This document shows positions 58,874 through 64,000 of a stretch of DNA of 64,000 nt, piece after piece; positions within the stretch are counted from its first letter, which is position 1, and each line of letters starts with the position of its first letter. The translations under genes and the position numbers were made by a program. The stretch comes from Candidatus Kerfeldbacteria bacterium (GTDB lineage Bacteria > Patescibacteriota > Patescibacteriia > SBBC01 > CAIJZX01). The notes under the pieces are model-generated. The model made no database searches and was not told the origin of the DNA. It worked only from the letters and a program-made list of their open reading frames with translations. The stretch spans positions 2,100 to 66,099 of the forward strand of contig CAIJZX010000016.1 of NCBI GenBank assembly GCA_903825245.1. The letters are read 5' to 3'.

Positions 58874-59440
58874 ATGAATCGAATCCTGTTGATCGCGGCG
58901 ATGTTCTGCATCCTGCTCGCTACGGCGGTGCAGGCTGCTCCGGACACGCTGAAGGTGCACCTGAACGGTGGCCAGCCGATGCTGGTCACGACTGAGGATA
59001 TGCCGGCGTCGACGTACCGTTTGACCGACCAGCGAGTCGATCAGATCGTCGATCACTCGGTCAAGACAGCGCTCACTGCTTCTCGACCGCGCATCGTCTA
59101 CCGCTATCGGTATATCGCGACCGAACCGATGGTCATTCACGACACGACCGTCGTGGCCGCGCCGTTTACCTGGTGGCAGTCGAACCATATGGGGTCCATT
59201 CCGGACTGGTTCTGGCCGCTGTTTACCGTCGTGGCGCTCGCGGTGCTTCTCGGTATCGCGCTGGGCGGCGGTCTCCGCGATCGTCCCGGACGTGACGGTC
59301 GGGATGGACTTCCGGGTCGTGACGGAAGGGACGCGATGTCGGAAGCCACTGATTCGCCGATGTTGCGACTCCAGTATCTGCCTGAGGGCACGGAGATCAC
59401 GATCAAGCGCGATCGTCCTCCTGTTGTTCCGAAGACGTAG
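58874..59440 (+). CDS. Exported single-pass membrane protein with short collagen-like G-X-Y tract
   Basis: Signal peptide, TM, 'PGRDGRDGLPGRDGRD'; AAGGGG SD. Confidence 0.68.
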   Translation: MNRILLIAAMFCILLATAVQAAPDTLKVHLNGGQPMLVTTEDMPASTYRLTDQRVDQIVDHSVKTALTASRPRIVYRYRYIATEPMVIHDTTVVAAPFTWWQSNHMGSIPDWFWPLFTVVALAVLLGIALGGGLRDRPGRDGRDGLPGRDGRDAMSEATDSPMLRLQYLPEGTEITIKRDRPPVVPKT

Positions 59441-59590
59441 TTGTAGCAAGCGGTTCCGGTGGTGCATTGAGCCTTACGCTCGGTGCACCACCATCTTTCT
59501 CGAAACTTTCAGCAAACTGGAAGTTTCAAGCAAGGTAGCGCTGACTCATTGACATCGCAATATACTTGGCTAACACTATACGTGTTGGCG

Positions 59591-59710
59591 GCAACTCTGG
59601 CTTCACTAGTGACGTTCGTACACAGTAACGATGAATGTCCTGCCTCTGGCAGGCTCCTCCATTCGTTGATGCGGCGTGCGAACCCCTCCTGGTGGAGCCG
59701 GAGTTGTTTT
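59591..59710 (+). terminator. Long hairpin with T-tract closing the array
   Basis: GCAACTCTGGCTTCACTA...TGGTGGAGCCGGAGTTGT followed by TTTGTATTT. Confidence 0.5.
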
Positions 59711-59762
59711 GTATTTGGTTTACTTGCAAATGAATCAAAAAAATGTCATACTGAAAAAACGT

Positions 59763-61373
59763 ATGTGGCAAAAACTGTGGTACAAATTGCAGACAACCAT
59801 CTTCGGCGGCGCCATCATCGTTAGCTCAAGTTGGATTATCAGTAAAGTGCTTGGATTCGGGCGTGAATGGCTGATTGCTCGAAATTTCGGTACAGTCGGC
59901 GCGGATCCTATCTACGCCGCTTTTACTATTCCAGATTTCATCTATGGGACGCTCATTTTGGGTTCGCTCCTAACAGCGTTTATTCCCGTTTTCATCGCGT
60001 ATCGCAATAAAAATGAAGATGAGGCTTGGCGGATCGCGCGGTCACTCCTGAATATTATCGTTATTGTCTTCATTGTCTTCGGTTTCATTTTACTAGCTGC
60101 TGCTGGTCCAATTATCCACATTCTCGTTGGCGACAAAATGTCTGTGGCTGCGCAACACGAAAGCGCTATGCTGATGCGGATTATGTCGATGAATATGCTA
60201 CTCTTCGCGGTCAGTAATATATTCGCTGGAGTTTTGCAAGCCTCAAAACAATTTTTGGCTGTTTCCGTGGCACCGATTATGAACAATCTCGGCGCTATTT
60301 TTGGTCTGCTCGTTCTAACACCGCACATCGGTGTGGCCGGTGTGGCCTGGGGTGCTGTCGTCGGCGCCTTACTCCATTGCGGCATTCAAGCCTATGCTGC
60401 CGTTAAAGTCGGTTGGCGATTCGGACCAACCGCCGGATGGCATCATCCGGGAGTAAAACAAATCTGGAAACTTTTATTACCGCGCACGATTGGACAATCA
60501 GTGACACAAATTGATCAATTGGTGAATGTTCCGATTGCTACGCGCATCGGCCCGTCAAACTTAACGATTTTCCGTCGGGCAAATATTCTGCAAGATTTTC
60601 CGAGTAGCGTGGTCGGCGTGTCACTAGCCACCGTTGCATTTCCTACCTTCGTGGAATTACTCACGGCCGGAAAGAAAGATGAGTTTATTAAAGCTTTTTC
60701 GCAAATTGTTCGCCAGATTTTATTCATTATTATTCCAATTACGGTATTATTTATTCAACTCCGCGCACAATACGTCCGGATCGCCTTTGGTACCGGATCG
60801 GTGAGCTGGTCGGACACGATTGCCACCGCCCAAACGCTCGGTTTCTTTGCTATTTCCTTTTTTGCTCAGTCGTTAATTCCCGTTTTGGCTCGATCCTTCT
60901 ATGCCATGCAAGATTCGGTTACACCGGTGCGCATTACCATGGTCGCCGTCGGTCTCGATATTGTTGGATCAATCGTCCTCGGTACGACCATGGGCATTAC
61001 CGGTTTAGCGTTATCCTTTACCATTTCCAGTGTTATTAATGCCACCTGGCTGTTCGTCGCATTACATCGGCGCGTTGGACATCTTGACGAAGATAAAATA
61101 ATCTTAGCTGTAACGAAAATCTTAGCTGTAACGTTAATCATGGCGGTCGCCGTTCAGGTCGCGAAACCTGTGACGGTCAGCTTTGGTTTTGATCTGGACC
61201 ACAGTATCGGCGTCTTTATGCAAGCCTTCGTCGGAACATTAGTCGGAACGATTGTTTTTACCACCTTCGCCGGTCTACTCAAACTTGAAGAGGCGGCGCT
61301 CATCACTCGCGCCATTCAACGTTTTTTCCGCCTCGGACGAAATGGTAACGACTCATCGGATAACGCCTCATGA
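59763..61373 (+). CDS. murJ: Lipid II flippase MurJ
   Basis: 'SKVLGFGRE..IA..FG', 'AAFTIPD', 'AFIPVF', 'SLATVAFP', 'RSFYAMQD..TP'; start may be 59730. Confidence 0.93.
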   Translation: MWQKLWYKLQTTIFGGAIIVSSSWIISKVLGFGREWLIARNFGTVGADPIYAAFTIPDFIYGTLILGSLLTAFIPVFIAYRNKNEDEAWRIARSLLNIIVIVFIVFGFILLAAAGPIIHILVGDKMSVAAQHESAMLMRIMSMNMLLFAVSNIFAGVLQASKQFLAVSVAPIMNNLGAIFGLLVLTPHIGVAGVAWGAVVGALLHCGIQAYAAVKVGWRFGPTAGWHHPGVKQIWKLLLPRTIGQSVTQIDQLVNVPIATRIGPSNLTIFRRANILQDFPSSVVGVSLATVAFPTFVELLTAGKKDEFIKAFSQIVRQILFIIIPITVLFIQLRAQYVRIAFGTGSVSWSDTIATAQTLGFFAISFFAQSLIPVLARSFYAMQDSVTPVRITMVAVGLDIVGSIVLGTTMGITGLALSFTISSVINATWLFVALHRRVGHLDEDKIILAVTKILAVTLIMAVAVQVAKPVTVSFGFDLDHSIGVFMQAFVGTLVGTIVFTTFAGLLKLEEAALITRAIQRFFRLGRNGNDSSDNAS

Positions 61374-63151
61374 AACAACTCGATCAGATACGAAACTTTT
61401 GTATCATCGCGCATATCGACCACGGAAAATCAACGTTGGCCGATCGTTTTCTTGAGGTTACCGGCACTGTCGCCAAGCGGGAAATGCAAGAACAGCTGCT
61501 CGATTCGATGGATATTGAGCGCGAACGCGGTATTACCGTCAAACTCGCACCAGTTCGGATGCAATGGCAGGGGATTGAATTGAACCTGATTGATACACCG
61601 GGCCACGTTGATTTCCAGTATGAAGTTTCTCGTTCGTTGGCGGCAGTTGAAGGAGCAATTCTTGTGGTCGACGCAACGCAAGGCATTCAAGCACAAACAC
61701 TAGCCAATCTTGACTTAGCAAACGCACAGGGACTGACTATTATTCCCGTCGTTAATAAAATTGATTTGCCAAATGCGGAAACCGAACAAGTGGTGGACGA
61801 TTTAGTTAAACTCCTCGGTGTTGAAGCCTCAACGATTATCCGCGCTTCGGCGAAAGCGGGTATTGGTGTGACTGATATCCTCGATCACGTCGTACGTGAC
61901 GTTCCGCCACCCATCGGAAACGTTGAGGCACCACTGCGGGCACTGATTTTCGATTCGACTTTTGATGCTTTTCAGGGCGTCATCGCTTTTGTTCGCGTGA
62001 TTGATGGGCAGGTTAAGGCAAATAGCCATATTCACTTTATCGCCACACAGACTTCCTCCTTAGTTCTTGATGTTGGCACGTTTACTCCGAAACGAAAAGT
62101 TAGTCCCGTTTTGCAGGCTGGAGAAATCGGCTACATCGTTACCGGTCTGAAAGACGTGGCTCACGCTCGTGTCGGTGATACCGTAACCATTGATCCACCA
62201 ACCGTTACGGCGCTGGAAGGATATCGTCAACTGCCGCCCATGGTTTACGCCGGGTTATTTACTCATGCCGGCGACGAATATCCAAAACTCCGCAAAGCCA
62301 TGGAAAAATTGCGTCTTAACGATGCCTCGTTGACGTTTGAACCTGAGCAATCACCGGCGCTCGGTTATGGGTTTCGTTGTGGTTTTTTAGGGCTACTTCA
62401 CCTCGACATTGTCCGGGAACGATTAGAACGCGAGTATGGCATGCACGTCCTTGTCACCGTGCCGTCAGTTGGCTACCATGTTTACCAAAAAAATAAACCG
62501 GATCCAATAATTGTCCGCAGTCCACTCCAATTACCAGATATGTCGACAGTTGATCGAATTGAGGAGCCGATGATGAAACTCAATGTCGTAACACCAGCCA
62601 CCACGATCGGCGCCGTGATGCAAGCCACCCAAGAACGACGCGGCACATTTCTCAATCTTGATTACATTGACGCCGATCGTGCGTTACTCCATTTCACCAT
62701 CCCACTCGCTGCGATCTTGATTGATTATTATGATATACTAAAAAGCGTCACGGCAGGTTACGCTTCACTAAATTACGAACTGAATGGATACGCCGTCGCT
62801 GATGTTATACGCATGGACATCGTTGTAGCTGGAGATGTTGTTGAGCCGCTGGCGACGATTATCTACCGTGATGCGGCACAGCGTGCCGGTCGAAAAGTTG
62901 TAAGCTCGCTCAAAGAGATTTTACCCCGCCAACAGTTTGAAGTAAAAATTCAAGCCGCTATCGGTGGTAAAATTATCGCCTCGGAACATTTGCCCGCCAT
63001 GCGAAAGGACGTTACGGCTGGATTGTACGGCGGTGATGTGACGCGAAAACGAAAAGTATTAGAAAAACAGAAAAAAGGAAAGGCGCGAATGAAAACCATG
63101 GGCAAGGTTGATATCCCGCCTTCAGCCTACCTGGCCGTTCTGAAACACTAA
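61370..63151 (+). CDS. lepA: Elongation factor 4
   Basis: 'IRNFCIIAHIDHGKSTLADR', 'LNLIDTPGHVDF.YEVSRSL', 'GFRCGFLGLLH', 'YGGDVTRKRK.LEKQKKGK'. Confidence 0.97.
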   Translation: MKQLDQIRNFCIIAHIDHGKSTLADRFLEVTGTVAKREMQEQLLDSMDIERERGITVKLAPVRMQWQGIELNLIDTPGHVDFQYEVSRSLAAVEGAILVVDATQGIQAQTLANLDLANAQGLTIIPVVNKIDLPNAETEQVVDDLVKLLGVEASTIIRASAKAGIGVTDILDHVVRDVPPPIGNVEAPLRALIFDSTFDAFQGVIAFVRVIDGQVKANSHIHFIATQTSSLVLDVGTFTPKRKVSPVLQAGEIGYIVTGLKDVAHARVGDTVTIDPPTVTALEGYRQLPPMVYAGLFTHAGDEYPKLRKAMEKLRLNDASLTFEPEQSPALGYGFRCGFLGLLHLDIVRERLEREYGMHVLVTVPSVGYHVYQKNKPDPIIVRSPLQLPDMSTVDRIEEPMMKLNVVTPATTIGAVMQATQERRGTFLNLDYIDADRALLHFTIPLAAILIDYYDILKSVTAGYASLNYELNGYAVADVIRMDIVVAGDVVEPLATIIYRDAAQRAGRKVVSSLKEILPRQQFEVKIQAAIGGKIIASEHLPAMRKDVTAGLYGGDVTRKRKVLEKQKKGKARMKTMGKVDIPPSAYLAVLKH

Positions 63152-63273
63152 CGAAAGAGTGGCAGAAGCGTAAAACCAAGCATGCTCGCGATCATGAAGA
63201 ACGAAGCAATAATGATGATCCGACGCATGGTACGTTGTTTCATAGGAAACGGAGTTCAATAAATCATTGTACA

Positions 63274-63915
63274 ATGAATATCTCTGACTATCTTACCAAA
63301 CAATTGCAAAGTGGTGAAGACCTGATCCGTGTCGTGCGGCGACACCCGGCCACGTTGTTTCCCTCAGTCGGACTCGGGAGTTTTATAATTTTGCTTGATT
63401 TTTTCTTAGTGACGTGGTGGTTTCGCCATCATCAGTGGGGGGTTATCGGATTTTCCCTGGTAGTCGTGTTTGGCATCATCGTCCTCGTCCGCGGAATCTA
63501 CAGTTGGTCACACAATGTTTTGGCCGTCACCAGTGATCGCGTCATCGACATCAATCAGCATGGCTTTTTTGAACGAAATGTTACCGAAGCGACCTATGAT
63601 AAAATCCAAGATGTTCGATATACGATTCGCGGCTTGTGGCCGACGCTCTTTCGTTTCGGCACGATTGTCGTCCAAACAGCCAATGCCACTACACCTTTAG
63701 AGCTAGCCGATGTACAGCATCCAGCGGAGCTCCAGCAGTTAATTACCGATATCCAACGACAATCAACCGCTCAACGAGGCAATGGTAATGTAACCGCGGC
63801 TGAATTACTCCACGTCGTTGATCGTTTGAAACGGGAAATCGGTCCGGAAGGCGTTGATCGAGTATTGCGTCAATCAGCAATGAAAAATTTTCCAGGAGAT
63901 CAAAAGAATGGCTAA
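63274..63915 (+). CDS. Membrane protein with bacterial PH domain
   Basis: 'VVRRHP', two TMs, 'VTSDRVIDINQHGFF', 'IQDV', 'FGTIVVQTA'. Confidence 0.8.
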   Translation: MNISDYLTKQLQSGEDLIRVVRRHPATLFPSVGLGSFIILLDFFLVTWWFRHHQWGVIGFSLVVVFGIIVLVRGIYSWSHNVLAVTSDRVIDINQHGFFERNVTEATYDKIQDVRYTIRGLWPTLFRFGTIVVQTANATTPLELADVQHPAELQQLITDIQRQSTAQRGNGNVTAAELLHVVDRLKREIGPEGVDRVLRQSAMKNFPGDQKNG

Positions 63916-64000
63916 ACGACAGCCACAGTGGTTTTCCAACCCCAGCTGGTGGATTGTCGTAGTCGCCGGATCACTGTTTGTAACGTTCAGCATCGGCATT
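63908..64000 (+). CDS. Partial CDS, N-terminal TM, runs off the window
   Basis: ATG overlapping the previous stop, open to the window end (MAKRQPQWFSNPSWWIVVVAG...). Confidence 0.5.
   Translation, partial: MAKRQPQWFSNPSWWIVVVAGSLFVTFSIGI

Noticed and set aside
53680-59710. Classical integron or prophage
   Set aside because: No intI, integrase or structural genes, and the stems lack clear RYYYAAC/GTTRRRY ends; not fully excluded without a search
61100-61133. 18-nt period duplication AATCTTAGCTGTAACG in murJ
   Set aside because: In-frame, two copies only, in a variable TM region; no regulatory implication evident
1-64000. tRNA, rRNA, tmRNA, IS elements, alternative genetic code
   Set aside because: None recognised; conserved genes translate full length with code 11, and TGA acts as a stop (for example rmlC)

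Overview
Bacterial chromosomal segment, very likely Patescibacteria/CPR (inference from the TTCGG-N6-TTCGG LexA boxes, SD-less and leaderless housekeeping genes, sortase with a giant surface protein, DUF4012 and the gene repertoire). The backbone carries a sortase/adhesin locus, manC, mltG, rplJ-rplL with an L10 leader, lexA with a degenerate Y-family polymerase, rmlC, a UvrD/PcrA helicase, typA, Nudix/GNAT/TrmH genes, a cyclophilin, malQ, PGI/PMI, a deoxynucleoside kinase, rnpB, a polysaccharide cluster, murJ and lepA. Interleaved is a second gene class with GC-rich codons, strong Shine-Dalgarno sites, near-consensus TTGACA-N17 promoters, private terminators and boxA-like motifs. It includes an OmpA/ABC operon, a degenerate RNase III, a variant PilT and many orphan small proteins. 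The most striking region is 53.7-59.7 kb. One promoter precedes a ~530-nt structured RNA with AGYAC repeats, followed by nine SD-led orphan genes (including a probable lipoprotein and a beta-barrel-like protein). Their spacers are structured and contain a canonical type III hammerhead ribozyme, a decayed hammerhead-like element and five copies of a conserved CTYGAR...YTCAAG stem. All calls were made by eye; no database searches or folding software were run.
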